A DNA stretch of 40,794 bases, taken from a virus (Duplodnaviria; Caudoviricetes). The stretch is from positions 1 through 40,794 of the IMG/VR virus record IMGVR_UViG_3300010234_000027, one strand, 5' to 3'. Below, piece by piece: positions 20,089-29,743 of the stretch. Both the position numbers and the translations under genes were made by a program. The notes under the pieces were generated by a model that did not search any database, was not told the DNA's origin, and saw only the letters and a list, made by a program, of their open reading frames with translations. Position 1 is the first letter of the stretch. The number at the start of each line of letters is the position of its first letter.

Positions 20089-21570
20089 TTATCGGTAAAT
20101 TACTGTGTAATCAAGTGTTCCCCCGACTGTTGTAAATAATCCATTACTGAAGGCAATAGGATCTGCAAAAGCTAGTTGTCCTGAACCTGACGGGAATGAG
20201 TAAGTATTAATCATTGTCCGTGCCTCTGTCTCAACTGCTCCGTTTGCTAGAGTTGCTGCTCCCCATGCAAAGTTTGCTAGAGTTTCAGTAGTAGCGATAG
20301 AGTTACCTCCTGTTCCTGCTTCTCGTGCTACAACAAGTTGAGTAGTAGCTGCGTTAGTTGTTGCTTCTACGTCTAGGTTGATAGTAGTTCCTGTTGAATA
20401 AAGAGTTCCTGGTGTACCTGAAGCGTTAATAGCTAGTTTCAAGTTATCCAATGCTGCAGCTGCGTTAGCTCCATAAAGGATTTGATCTGCTACTGCATAG
20501 TCTGCACCTGCACTTGTTTCTGATAACTCTACAACGTAAGTATAAGTTCGTGTTCCGATAGTTAATGTTGCCGCTGTTGTCGTTACTCCTGGGTTACTAT
20601 TTCCAGTTCCACCTCCCAATGTAGTATCTGCCCAAGCTGTGTTAGCCATGTTGGTTGTAGTTGCGTAAGTGTTAGGTGTTGTTCCTACTACTCTAGCACT
20701 AAAGTTTTGTACTGTATCTGAGTTATCAATAGCCACAACGTCATCGTTGATAGTTTGTCCTGTAGCATAGTCAGTCCCTTCAGTTCCAGAAAGGTTGATA
20801 ATAGTCTTTAGGTTATCAAGCATGGCTGCTTCGTTAGCTCCACGTTTGAATTGATCAACTACTGGATCAGCTCCATATGATTCTGATAGTGCGTCTACAC
20901 AAGTATAAGTTCGTGTATTGATCACAATCTCTGCTGCTCCTGTTGTTACTCCAGCTGTTGAGTTACCAGTACCTCCACCAAGAGTAGTGTCAGCCCATGT
21001 CAATGTTCCTCCTGTTGAAGTTGATGCAACCGCGTTCAAAGATGTTCCAGGTACTCGACCTCGAACTCGTTGTGTTGTTGCTGCGTTTGTAGTAGCTACA
21101 ACCTGTGTATGAGCTACTGTTCCTTCACCATATTCTTTTCCAGCTAATCCTGTTGCATTAATAGCTAGTTTAAGGTTGTCTAAGAATTTTGCATCTGACC
21201 CACCAATTAATACATCATATGCTGATCCTCCTTCATCCATAGTATCTACTGCTGTATAAGTAATAGACCCAATAGTAACCGTATCAGTTGCTACAACAGA
21301 TGATGCTGTAACCTCTGACTCAACATGAGTTGCTGCAACCATAGCTCCTGATGAGACAATCTCGCTTACTGCGTGAGATGCCGCTGCTGCTTCTCCTGAT
21401 GATGTTAATGTTCCTGATGCTTCTACTGCACCACTTTGCACTCCGTCCGTTAATTCGATAGTACCGCTAGAGTGTGAGTTAGCGACAATTCCGTATACAA
21501 CACCTGATCCACTCTTGATTAGTGTTGATTCTGTTTTATTGGCATATAAAGCCCCTCGTGATTCTCCCAT
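20089..21570 (-). CDS. Probable structural protein with three internal ~125-aa repeats
   Basis: Three copies of TI...TYT.V...LDNLK..IN..G..G..Y..GT...V.A....W...TL..G. Confidence 0.7.
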   Translation of the reverse strand: MGESRGALYANKTESTLIKSGSGVVYGIVANSHSSGTIELTDGVQSGAVEASGTLTSSGEAAAASHAVSEIVSSGAMVAATHVESEVTASSVVATDTVTIGSITYTAVDTMDEGGSAYDVLIGGSDAKFLDNLKLAINATGLAGKEYGEGTVAHTQVVATTNAATTQRVRGRVPGTSLNAVASTSTGGTLTWADTTLGGGTGNSTAGVTTGAAEIVINTRTYTCVDALSESYGADPVVDQFKRGANEAAMLDNLKTIINLSGTEGTDYATGQTINDDVVAIDNSDTVQNFSARVVGTTPNTYATTTNMANTAWADTTLGGGTGNSNPGVTTTAATLTIGTRTYTYVVELSETSAGADYAVADQILYGANAAAALDNLKLAINASGTPGTLYSTGTTINLDVEATTNAATTQLVVAREAGTGGNSIATTETLANFAWGAATLANGAVETEARTMINTYSFPSGSGQLAFADPIAFSNGLFTTVGGTLDYTVIYR

Positions 21571-21653
21571 AATAATAATTTAAATTAATTTATAATTGCT
21601 TACCAAGCCACCATGCAATATACCAATTATACCACACTTATCAGCATTGCATA

Positions 21654-23042
21654 TTATCTGCTAGATTCCTCTGCAAATAAAGCCTCGTTCTGATCGAACA
21701 TTCTCTTCTGACTGAGGATGACATGACTACCTTCCTCTGATTGATCTGGTACCATACGTTCCTTAACTTGGAAGTACATACGCATTATCCATGTATCACT
21801 GTCATCAGGTGAGTGTCCAATAGCATTCTTTACATCTTCCTTCGCCGATGCTTGACGTTTACCATCTCCCTTCGATACATCCTGATAGTTTGATAACTCT
21901 TCTATGATAGCTTCTTTATCCTGCGCTTGGACTCTTGATGCTATCTTGTGGTTGTTCACTAGGTCAGCCAATGTGAACACACACTGTGATCGTAAGTTAC
22001 GATAGTCTGACGTTAATGCTTCTGCGTTAGGTAGATAGCCCATGTTAGGTAGTCGTACAATGTTCTGATCTGTCTTAATAGCAGAGTATGATGACTTGTA
22101 ACCAATTATCCCATCTAACATACTCGATGATGCTACCCCAGCACCAACACCAATAGCATCCACAGCGATATTGCTGAATGGTATGCGTTGGTCTGCTGCA
22201 TACTCTCGTATCTTATCAATAATACTCTCAGTGTTGAGTCTGGTGAATGACTCACGTCTATACTCCTCTAGTCCTTCCCAGAAGCTAAACTTAGTCTTAT
22301 CACTACCATCATCAGCAATGTCTACGATCAAATACTTCTTGTTTGACTTGTTGATAGTGTTAGTGAACACGTCTACCAATGCGTCATACTTGAACAAAGC
22401 CCCTGCGTTATCAACATACTCAGCTAAGAACTCTTGTCTGAATGTATCAGCGTCTAGCTCCTCTTTAGCTTTTTTTATCTCGTCTACTGGGATATGAGGA
22501 TTATCCTTGGTTGTAAAATGGAACGACATGTAGTCTGTGTCGGTTTTAGCCAGCTTCTCTAATCGCCTTAGGTTAGGGTTCTCTTTCTTTGGTGTACCGA
22601 TGAATGTAGCTCCTCCTTGGGTATCGGTAAGCATGGGTCTAAAAATCTCTTGAAAGCCAATAAAGAAGTCTTTCATGGTATCAAGCTCGTCAAATACAAT
22701 CTTGTATGCCTTCATACCACGGAAGTTCTCTCTATTCTCCCAACCTGCAACGTATATGGTTGAGAAGCCACCATCTTTTGTGGGTAGTTTCATTTCTAGT
22801 CGTGATTCGTTTGCTTTCCCTATGTGAGCTACTCGTGATTTCAATGCCTCCCATACAATCTTCCTTGCTTGGATCTGTGTTGGCGCAACGTAAAAGATAT
22901 TCCTGTCTTTACCTGATACGGCATTAAAGACCATCTCCTCAATTTGAAGAGTGGTCTTTCCTGAGCGTCGTCCAGCCCTAATGATCTTGAACCTAGCGTT
23001 TGATCGGATTATCTCCTCTTGGCGTTTATGGGGTATTAGCAT
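21654..23042 (-). CDS. terL: Terminase large subunit
   Basis: Walker A RAGRRSGKT, YVAPT, FRG, Walker B VFDE, FIGTP, and nuclease-domain acidic motifs (IVDIADDGSD, HSPDDSD). Confidence 0.93.
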   Translation of the reverse strand: MLIPHKRQEEIIRSNARFKIIRAGRRSGKTTLQIEEMVFNAVSGKDRNIFYVAPTQIQARKIVWEALKSRVAHIGKANESRLEMKLPTKDGGFSTIYVAGWENRENFRGMKAYKIVFDELDTMKDFFIGFQEIFRPMLTDTQGGATFIGTPKKENPNLRRLEKLAKTDTDYMSFHFTTKDNPHIPVDEIKKAKEELDADTFRQEFLAEYVDNAGALFKYDALVDVFTNTINKSNKKYLIVDIADDGSDKTKFSFWEGLEEYRRESFTRLNTESIIDKIREYAADQRIPFSNIAVDAIGVGAGVASSSMLDGIIGYKSSYSAIKTDQNIVRLPNMGYLPNAEALTSDYRNLRSQCVFTLADLVNNHKIASRVQAQDKEAIIEELSNYQDVSKGDGKRQASAKEDVKNAIGHSPDDSDTWIMRMYFQVKERMVPDQSEEGSHVILSQKRMFDQNEALFAEESSR

Positions 23043-23323
23043 GATTGTTTATCATCCTTAAAGACATCAGCAAAGTTGATCGCTAATCCCCCCTGTACAT
23101 CTAATCCCATGTTCTGTCTTGGTTTACCATCAAGCATCTCCATAACGTGTTTCTCGTTAGCGGGGTTGCGAATATACCTTTCCATATACTCATCAAACTT
23201 GTGAGGATTCTCTCTAAATTCCTTCTTTAGGCGTGATAATGCACTGATAGAACCCTTAGGTCTACCGTTTGCGTTCCCGTTCCATTCATCACCGCTTTTA
23301 AATTGTGTGCTTTCTTTGCCCAT
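23036..23323 (-). CDS. terS: Terminase small subunit (putative)
   Basis: FKSG...GNANGRPKG motif and LDGKPRQ; overlaps the terL start. Confidence 0.7.
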   Translation of the reverse strand: MGKESTQFKSGDEWNGNANGRPKGSISALSRLKKEFRENPHKFDEYMERYIRNPANEKHVMEMLDGKPRQNMGLDVQGGLAINFADVFKDDKQSC

Positions 23324-23378
23324 ATATCCAGTATTTTCCCACTTAATTGTGGTTCATCTACTTTATTATAACATACTT

Positions 23379-23759
23379 TTAAACTTTCAATAGTTTTATA
23401 GCTTCCTTATAGCTAATAATGTTACCGTATAGGTCACTTGATAGGTTCTTAGCTGACTCCATCCATACCTTAGCCCTATGGTTTCTATCATCTATACTCT
23501 TTAGCTGATAAGTATAAGCATCCACTTCCATCTTCAATCTAAACTGTTCATCATTCAGATAGTTATCAACCCATTCATCTAATCCATGATGGTCTTGTTG
23601 TTCATGATGTACTAACTCATGTATTACTAGGTGACGTGGTAGATCGTTATTACTGTATATGACATGATCATAAGCGAATATAGTATCATCTGTTATTTTG
23701 AATATTGACTTGTATCTCCCCAATAAAGGAAATTCCGATTGTGGTCTTATGTTTATCAT
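23379..23759 (-). CDS. HExxH zinc metallopeptidase-like protein (126 aa)
   Basis: VIHELVHHEQQ followed by EVDAY; likely start MINIRPQ at 23759, 6 nt after a TATAAT box. Confidence 0.65.
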   Translation of the reverse strand: MINIRPQSEFPLLGRYKSIFKITDDTIFAYDHVIYSNNDLPRHLVIHELVHHEQQDHHGLDEWVDNYLNDEQFRLKMEVDAYTYQLKSIDDRNHRAKVWMESAKNLSSDLYGNIISYKEAIKLLKV

Positions 23760-23880
23760 ATAGATATTATACACTCTTATTATAATATATGCTAGTATTT
23801 TATATATAACTATGCTAATATATAAGTACCCCACAGTGGGTTTAATAAAAATTATAAAAAGTAAAATACTACAAAAAATT

Positions 23881-24417
23881 ATGTCTATTACAGTCACAAA
23901 GACCACCTCTGCACCAGCAGTGTCAGCAGGGCTCTATCCAGCTCGTTTATTCTCAATCATCCGCCTAGGACACGTTGAAGGGTATCAAGGAGCTATAACA
24001 GACCAAGTACGGTTCACCTTTGAACTACCTACAGAGCTATCAGAAGACGGAAAGCCTGCTATGGTATCAAAAGAATCGTCATTAACATTCACAGACCGTT
24101 CATTCATCACCAAGTTAGCTAAAGCTATGGGAGTTGATACTTCAGGAGATTTGGATATCGTTACCTTGATTGGTAAAACCTGTATGATTAACTTAGAAGA
24201 AAAAACAGCCAAAGCATCAGGTAACGTTTATGTTAAAATTGAGTCAGTTACACCCCTTGCAAAAGGAATGAAAGTAGATGATCAAATTAACGAATCTTTC
24301 TGGTTCGATGTAGCAGCATTTGACGATGCTAAATTCGAGACTATGCCAGAGTTCCTACAAGATAAAATTAAGGGCTCAGATGAGTACAAAGATAAGCATC
24401 AAGACCTCGCATTTTAA
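23881..24417 (+). CDS. Putative ssDNA-binding/replication accessory protein
   Basis: G.YPAR...II.LG...VRFTFELP...LIGKTCMI...PEFLQDKI..S.EY pattern with a short acidic-aromatic tail (DLAF); likely start 23881. Confidence 0.6.
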   Translation: MSITVTKTTSAPAVSAGLYPARLFSIIRLGHVEGYQGAITDQVRFTFELPTELSEDGKPAMVSKESSLTFTDRSFITKLAKAMGVDTSGDLDIVTLIGKTCMINLEEKTAKASGNVYVKIESVTPLAKGMKVDDQINESFWFDVAAFDDAKFETMPEFLQDKIKGSDEYKDKHQDLAF

Positions 24418-24423
24418 CCAATG

Positions 24424-24451
24424 AAAAAGACACCTACTTCAGGTGTTTTTT
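24424..24451 (+). terminator. Rho-independent terminator
   Basis: ACACCT-ACTTC-AGGTGT followed by a T-run. Confidence 0.7.
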
Positions 24452-24463
24452 ATTATACCACAT

Positions 24464-24778
24464 AAAGTGCAGACTTTCAGAGCACTACTCGTTAAATATA
24501 TTTTTTTTTATTTTTTTTTCTCTTACGCGTAAGAAGTTAAATAAAAGTCTACAAAGTCTACACTTTTTAATAATACGGTATTTTATAAGGGGATTAAGGT
24601 GCAGACTTTAGTGTAGACTTTGTGTAGACTTTGTAGACTTTCAAGCCCTTTTTTCACCATTAGAAAAGGTATTGATGTGATTGTCAATACCTTTTGTCTT
24701 TTTTGTTTTTTAAATTTTTAAAAAATGTAGACTTTCAAGCCCAAAATGTAGACTTTCAAAACACCAAAGTCTGCACTT
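24464..24778. repeat. Putative replication origin with ~10 GYAGACTTT iterons
   Basis: Direct and inverted copies, poly-T tract 24501-24519, palindrome TCTTACGCGTAAGA, and a 12-bp inverted repeat at 24664-24695; directly downstream of the helicase gene. Confidence 0.75.
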
Positions 24779-26288
24779 AAATCCATCCATCATTGTTCAT
24801 TTTTAAGCCAACGAAACCATAACTGCATCTATTCCCTGAGTTAACTCTTCCCTTCTGAATATATGCTATTTTATCGTCCAAATCACGCACACTAATTTCC
24901 TCTCTAAACTGCTTCACAAAGCTCTTTCTCCCAGTAGTAAATCTGTGCCCTAGATCAATCGCATAATCTGTAAATTCTGTGTATAAATCCTTAACAATTT
25001 CAGACCCCTCTGGGTCGATAATAATCCTATCGGCGAAGAAGCTAGCTACCGTCGAACTATCCTCTCTGTAATCCTCTACATTTTGCTCAATACTCTTAGG
25101 TTTAACAAGCTGACCTCCATCCCTTTGTAATGCAACAGACCCTCGTACCAACCATGCTAATACAGCAGGTCTGAGGTCTTTATGAGTGATCTTACTCTTA
25201 TAAGACGCATTGTTAGCAAAGGTGTTTTTCAACTGAATAATAGCCAAACGACGTTGCATACCCTTAGAAGTATCAGCGATGCGAGGCAAATGGTTCGCGG
25301 TTATCACCAATTTCAACTCAGGCAAATAAGCAAAAGCGTCCTTACCCTTCTTCTCAATAGATACTTCACCCCCTCCAGTAACTAATTTCAACTGTTCTGA
25401 CTTAATACGCCCATCATCAGGCTCATTAAGCACACACAGACGCTTCCCATGTATCGCTGACAAGCCGAAACGCTCTGTGAATGACGCTAGGTTCCCTATT
25501 GAGTAATAATCGCCCATAACACCCGCTACAGACTCGAAGAAAACTCCCTTACCGTTACCCCCTGCACCCCAGAGCATCATGATAACCTCCTGCTTGGTAT
25601 CACCCGATAGAGCATATCCCATGAATTTATGGAAATAATCCATTTCCTCTTTATCAGATATAAAACTATGCACAAAGTCTTCCCATTCCTTACTCACAAA
25701 ATCTGGATCATAATCAACATCTATTTTCTTTGTTGTAACGTAATTAGGGTCATGTGGGGATAACTTTCCTGTTTTGAGGTCAATAAGACCATTCTCAACA
25801 CAAAGTACCCATGGTTTATCCACAGTTATTTCAAAAGGCTCACACCATGCTTCCATTAACTTGATGACATCACCACATTTACTACGAGTAGCCATTGCTG
25901 GGATATTCCATTCGTGCATCTTGTTCATAAGTGCAGACTGTATCATTTGATGAGCTGAGTAAATACCCTCCTCCTTATCGTATATATAAAAAGTATTCCC
26001 TACCCTGTCATACCTGAGATTGTCTGACTCGTGGATATACCTACGATGTGCTACTTGGAATAGGGACATTCTAAGACCCTGTACCTGCTCCTTATATTTT
26101 TTCTTTGAGATTTTATCCTCCTCTTCATCGCCTGTTTCATCCTCCCCATTCTCCAAAAGCCTATTGAGCATTTTTTGCATAAGCAGTGTCTTGCCATGAT
26201 TGTACTCCAAGTCTACTCTCCCCTCTATTGTCTCTTCTCTTATTTGCTGAACAAACTCCTCTATTGATATCTTGTTATTTTCCTCCAT
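24777..26288 (-). CDS. D5/P4-family SF3 helicase (primase-associated)
   Basis: D5_N-like VENGLIDLKTGKLSPHDP, Walker A GAGGNGKG, Walker B LCVLNE, motif C ITANHLP, MQRRL; likely start MEENNK. Confidence 0.9.
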   Translation of the reverse strand: MEENNKISIEEFVQQIREETIEGRVDLEYNHGKTLLMQKMLNRLLENGEDETGDEEEDKISKKKYKEQVQGLRMSLFQVAHRRYIHESDNLRYDRVGNTFYIYDKEEGIYSAHQMIQSALMNKMHEWNIPAMATRSKCGDVIKLMEAWCEPFEITVDKPWVLCVENGLIDLKTGKLSPHDPNYVTTKKIDVDYDPDFVSKEWEDFVHSFISDKEEMDYFHKFMGYALSGDTKQEVIMMLWGAGGNGKGVFFESVAGVMGDYYSIGNLASFTERFGLSAIHGKRLCVLNEPDDGRIKSEQLKLVTGGGEVSIEKKGKDAFAYLPELKLVITANHLPRIADTSKGMQRRLAIIQLKNTFANNASYKSKITHKDLRPAVLAWLVRGSVALQRDGGQLVKPKSIEQNVEDYREDSSTVASFFADRIIIDPEGSEIVKDLYTEFTDYAIDLGHRFTTGRKSFVKQFREEISVRDLDDKIAYIQKGRVNSGNRCSYGFVGLKMNNDGWI

Positions 26289-27126
26289 GAAATTTCTGCT
26301 TACGCTTGGCATGCTCCCTACCAGCTATACTAATAAATGTGCTCCATAATTCATCATCAGGCAGAGGAGGTGTGTTTCTTCTGTTCCATCTCTCTACAAT
26401 ATAGAATCCAACATCGTGCCAGACTGACTCAGGTAATCTTGCTAGTAGTAGTCCTATAATTTTTGTTGCTGTGTCATTTCTCTCTCCTTTCGTTGCTCCA
26501 TCTAAAATAGACTTATTAATGGCAAACTTTTTCTCAGACTTACTCTCTGTTTTTAACAGGTGTTTATTGAAAAACTCCATGTCTAACTCCTTGATAGGTC
26601 TATCTTGTACAAGCTCATACTTCCGCACTCCACTCGGGTGTAAACTTCCCGGCCCTAATACTTGCCCTCCTCCGGATTCACCTCCAGCATTAGCATTACC
26701 TCTGATATCTACAATCCATGAGTCTTTGGCCCCTTGCAACGTTAGCTTTGTTCTGTTGGTTATTTTTACTCCCACAGGACACCACTTGTAAATATGAAAA
26801 CCTTTTCCGGTTGATACTATATAGTCATCTTTAAAAATAGCGGGTATGTTTTCAAACGTACAACCCTCCTCTCCATTGAATCCATCAATGTCGATACCAA
26901 CGAGGTCTCGCTCATTAGCTGGGCTACTACATACAATCCCATATGCTGTGTGATCTTTACTCCACTCCTTGATTTCCTCCTTTGTTGCGAACTGTTCTCT
27001 GTATTTCTTCCAAGGTACTGCTGGGAACTTCTCTCCATTGACTATTGGAACAACAGCACAGCGTAACCTCGCCTGCGCATTATTCATTGCTTTTTCAAGC
27101 TCTTCAGGTATAATGGTTATATTCAT
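26275..27126 (-). CDS. Bifunctional primase-polymerase (AEP Prim-Pol) with PriCT-1 domain
   Basis: GIDID, STGKGFHIY, DIRG, GPGSLHPSG motifs; GERND...N.PPLPDDEL C-terminal domain. Confidence 0.88.
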   Translation of the reverse strand: MNITIIPEELEKAMNNAQARLRCAVVPIVNGEKFPAVPWKKYREQFATKEEIKEWSKDHTAYGIVCSSPANERDLVGIDIDGFNGEEGCTFENIPAIFKDDYIVSTGKGFHIYKWCPVGVKITNRTKLTLQGAKDSWIVDIRGNANAGGESGGGQVLGPGSLHPSGVRKYELVQDRPIKELDMEFFNKHLLKTESKSEKKFAINKSILDGATKGERNDTATKIIGLLLARLPESVWHDVGFYIVERWNRRNTPPLPDDELWSTFISIAGREHAKRKQKFHGGK

Positions 27127-27234
27127 AGAATAAAATGTTTTTGATTAATCACCGTTCGAGCGGTGTTTTTTCTTGTAAATTTTTTGTGTACTTCTATCAT
27201 ACCATATTTTTCTGTAATACAACAACACCCCACA

Positions 27235-27276
27235 TGTGGATAACTTATTGCAATAATTATAGACATATAGTACACT
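27235..27276 (+). promoter_or_regulatory. DnaA-box consensus followed by sigma70-like promoter
   Basis: TGTGGATAA at 27235-27243, then TTGCAA-17 bp-TACACT. Confidence 0.55.
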
Positions 27277-27310
27277 ATAAGTATTACTAAAGAGATAATA
27301 CATAAACATT

Positions 27311-27463
27311 ATGGAAAAGAGAACGATTACAATTAAGCTACCCGAGGATTATTTAGAAATGCTAAATGAGATGGGTGTAGGTAGTGATACACCGACTCAG
27401 ATAACGAAGGAAGCTATCAAAGAGAAGTATCGAGCTTATAAGAGTAAAGAAGAAAATAAATAA
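27311..27463 (+). CDS. Small ribbon-helix-helix-like regulator (50 aa), not in ORF track
   Basis: MEKRTITIKLPEDYLEMLNEMG...TQITKEAIKEKY fits the RHH strand-helix-helix pattern. Confidence 0.6.
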   Translation: MEKRTITIKLPEDYLEMLNEMGVGSDTPTQITKEAIKEKYRAYKSKEENK

Positions 27464-27464
27464 T

Positions 27465-27638
27465 ATGAGAAAGGTAATAAAAGTAAAAGTTATCACTGGA
27501 AGTAAAGCAAAAGATTTAAACCTTATTTTAAAGGAAGGTTTAGAGAAAGGTTATCAGCCTCTAGGTGGGGTTTCAGCATCATTGTCGGACACATATGTAC
27601 TCCTTGCTCAGACAATGGTCATGTATGAAGAAGCTTAG
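27465..27638 (+). CDS. DUF1737-like small protein (57 aa), not in ORF track
   Basis: ...LEKGYQPLGGVS......LLAQTMV pattern. Confidence 0.6.
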   Translation: MRKVIKVKVITGSKAKDLNLILKEGLEKGYQPLGGVSASLSDTYVLLAQTMVMYEEA

Positions 27639-28851
27639 AGACTATCAAATAGATATAGCCCTCGAAGCAACAGAGAAGCTCAAACGCTTAGGTATAGTTT
27701 ACCTCGCAATGGAAGTGAGAACAGGAAAGACCTCGACAGCAATGGAGATAGCCAAGGACTTTAACAACGTCCTTTTTCTCACAAAGAAAAAAGCTATATC
27801 ATCTATTCAGGATGACTACAAAGACTTTGATTATGACAAGCACTTTGAGCTAACAGTCATCAACGACGAATCGATGCACAAGGTAACAGGTACATATGAC
27901 CTAATCATTCATGACGAACATCACAGGTTCGGTGCATTCCCCAAACCTAACAAGACAGCTAAACTTTTTAAAAAACAATGGGGACACCTTCCGCAGATAT
28001 ACCTATCAGGTACCCCCTTCGCAGAGTCTCACTCACAGGTGTATCATCAATTCTGGGTATCGGACAGATCCCCATTCAAAGAGTATAAGAACTTCTATAG
28101 ATGGTGTGATGACTATGTCGACGTGTACGAGGTAAATTACGGCTATGGTATAACCAAGGTCTATGACAAAGGGAAAGAGTCAGCAGTCGAGTCGGTTGAG
28201 GATTATATGATCAAGTTCAGTCAAAAAGACGGGGGATTTGAGACAGAGGTGAAGGAGCATATCCTCTATTGTGATATTAAAGAGTCTACTCATAACCTTA
28301 TAAAGAGGTTACGCAAGGATAAAGTTATCGAGGGTGAGAAGGAGGTTATACTTGCCGAGACAGCAGTTAAGATGCAAGGAAAGATCCATCAACTCTACTC
28401 AGGTACTATTAAATTCGAGTCAGGAAATTCAAAAGTAATAGACCACAGCAAGGCAGAGTTTATCCACAGTCATTTTAAAGATATAAAGATAGCTATCTTT
28501 TATAAGTATGTTGCAGAGCTACAAGCACTCAAAGATATTTTTGGAGACAAGCTCACAACCGACCTAGATGAGTTCAACACAACCGACAAAAATATAGCCC
28601 TCCAGGTTGTCTCAGGACGAGAGGGAATTTCACTCAAGGAGGCAAAATACCTCGTCTATTATAATATTGACTTCTCAGCAATAACCTATTGGCAAAGTCG
28701 AAACAGAATGACCACCAAGGAGAGGACGGTGAATGATGTCTATTGGGTATTTGCAAAAGGGGGTATAGAGGAGAAAATATACGAGGCAGTAATGAGGAAG
28801 AAAAGTTATACGCTTAAACTATTTCAAAAAGATTATGAAGTATCAAGCTAA
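27625..28851 (+). CDS. SF2 (SNF2-like) helicase
   Basis: LRDYQ, VRTGKT, HDEHH, LSGTP, GREGISL, WQSRNR motifs; likely start MKKLRDYQ at 27625. Confidence 0.88.
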   Translation: MKKLRDYQIDIALEATEKLKRLGIVYLAMEVRTGKTSTAMEIAKDFNNVLFLTKKKAISSIQDDYKDFDYDKHFELTVINDESMHKVTGTYDLIIHDEHHRFGAFPKPNKTAKLFKKQWGHLPQIYLSGTPFAESHSQVYHQFWVSDRSPFKEYKNFYRWCDDYVDVYEVNYGYGITKVYDKGKESAVESVEDYMIKFSQKDGGFETEVKEHILYCDIKESTHNLIKRLRKDKVIEGEKEVILAETAVKMQGKIHQLYSGTIKFESGNSKVIDHSKAEFIHSHFKDIKIAIFYKYVAELQALKDIFGDKLTTDLDEFNTTDKNIALQVVSGREGISLKEAKYLVYYNIDFSAITYWQSRNRMTTKERTVNDVYWVFAKGGIEEKIYEAVMRKKSYTLKLFQKDYEVSS

Positions 28852-29074
28852 AGTCATTAAGAAGTACGAGAAGCTGGGCTACTATGTCATTGATCTCGTA
28901 GTTACCAACAAAAAAGGCATAGCAGACCTCTTGTGCCTAAAGAAAGGCGAAGTACCTCTGTTCGTAGAGGTGAAAGATATTGGAGACACTATCAAACCCT
29001 TACAAAGGTACAGAGCCAAAGAGTTACAAGACCTAGGTTTTGAATCCATCTTTGATATAAACAAAAAAAGGTAA
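28835..29074 (+). CDS. VRR-NUC-like PD-(D/E)xK nuclease
   Basis: GIADLLCL...FVEVK...PLQ motif, adjacent to the SF2 helicase. Confidence 0.85.
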   Translation: MKYQAKVIKKYEKLGYYVIDLVVTNKKGIADLLCLKKGEVPLFVEVKDIGDTIKPLQRYRAKELQDLGFESIFDINKKR

Positions 29075-29144
29075 TGACACAGGTAGCTACAGGTAGCAAA
29101 TTAATAGCTTGCATTAAATATAATAATAGTATACATTATATATA

Positions 29145-29366
29145 ATGAATAAAATAATTTTAACAAAGGAGCAATCAGCAATGATGCAGGAATCATTAAC
29201 AACTGACACACGATTAGATTTATACACAGATGATCTGAAGAAGATTGGATGGTTTGGTAATAATGTATACTCATCTAGGAATAGAACGAATCCAGCAGGA
29301 TCATCGTTCCGTAGAATATTCTTTAAGTTTAGTCAGCCATATAATGCAAGAATCAAAAGACAATAA
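29145..29366 (+). CDS. Hypothetical early protein
   Basis: 73-aa ORF after a TTGCAT-17-TACATT promoter-like site. Confidence 0.55.
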   Translation: MNKIILTKEQSAMMQESLTTDTRLDLYTDDLKKIGWFGNNVYSSRNRTNPAGSSFRRIFFKFSQPYNARIKRQ

Positions 29367-29383
29367 GTTATGCACTTTGTCTA

Positions 29384-29412
29384 TTGCATATATTATATGA
29401 TTAGTATATAAT
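29384..29412 (+). promoter_or_regulatory. Near-consensus sigma70 promoter
   Basis: TTGCAT-17 bp-TATAAT, preceded by TTATGCAC (DnaA-box-like). Confidence 0.7.
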
Positions 29413-29444
29413 ATGTATATTAAAAGATTAAACATATAAATTCT

Positions 29445-29606
29445 ATGAATGAATATCAATTAGCAAAAGCGAAGACAACTACAAAGTTCGACAAAGCATA
29501 CGAGGAGAAACGATTGAAATTACTAGAGGAGATAGACTTTGTTTTGGAAGGAGACGAAGAAGAGGTCGATAATTATATTGAGGATAATACTCACCCAGAT
29601 AACTAA
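29445..29606 (+). CDS. Small acidic hypothetical protein (53 aa)
   Basis: MNEYQLAKAK...EGDEEEVDNYIEDNTHPDN; first ORF after the promoter. Confidence 0.6.
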   Translation: MNEYQLAKAKTTTKFDKAYEEKRLKLLEEIDFVLEGDEEEVDNYIEDNTHPDN

Positions 29607-29619
29607 TATTAAACTAACA

Positions 29620-29721
29620 CCTTGTTGTTGGTGTGTAGGGTATAAACCTTTCTAGGCAGGTGTGCATTCATAGAATTCTAGATCAAGTCACTGCACAATA
29701 CCCTACACACTGCCAATAAGG
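29620..29721 (+). ncRNA. Structured intergenic RNA element (long stem with branched loop)
   Basis: GTGTGTAGGGTAT/ATACCCTACACAC 13-bp stem, extendable; inner ACCT/AGGT and GTGCA/TGCAC stems; related to 36934-36984. Confidence 0.6.
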
Positions 29722-29743
29722 GTAGATTAATTAAAAATATATT

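Noticed and set aside
393-22927. Many plus-strand ORFs in the ORF track across the structural region
   Set aside because: They are antisense shadows of long minus-strand genes, with Ser/Pro/Val-rich composition and no recognisable motifs.
24464-24778. CRISPR or mini-array
   Set aside because: Units are about 9 bp, irregularly spaced and in both orientations, with no spacers or cas genes; an iteron origin fits better.
26275-26312. Programmed frameshift fusing Prim-Pol and helicase
   Set aside because: The helicase has its own ATG in a short overlap and I see no convincing in-frame slippery heptamer; split genes are common.
29079-29097. ACAGGTAGC tandem duplication upstream of a promoter
   Set aside because: Only two short copies; could be an operator but cannot be distinguished from chance.
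29620-29721. Hammerhead ribozyme or tRNA
   Set aside because: It has a three-stem topology but no CUGANGA/GAAA core on either strand and no T-loop or cloverleaf.
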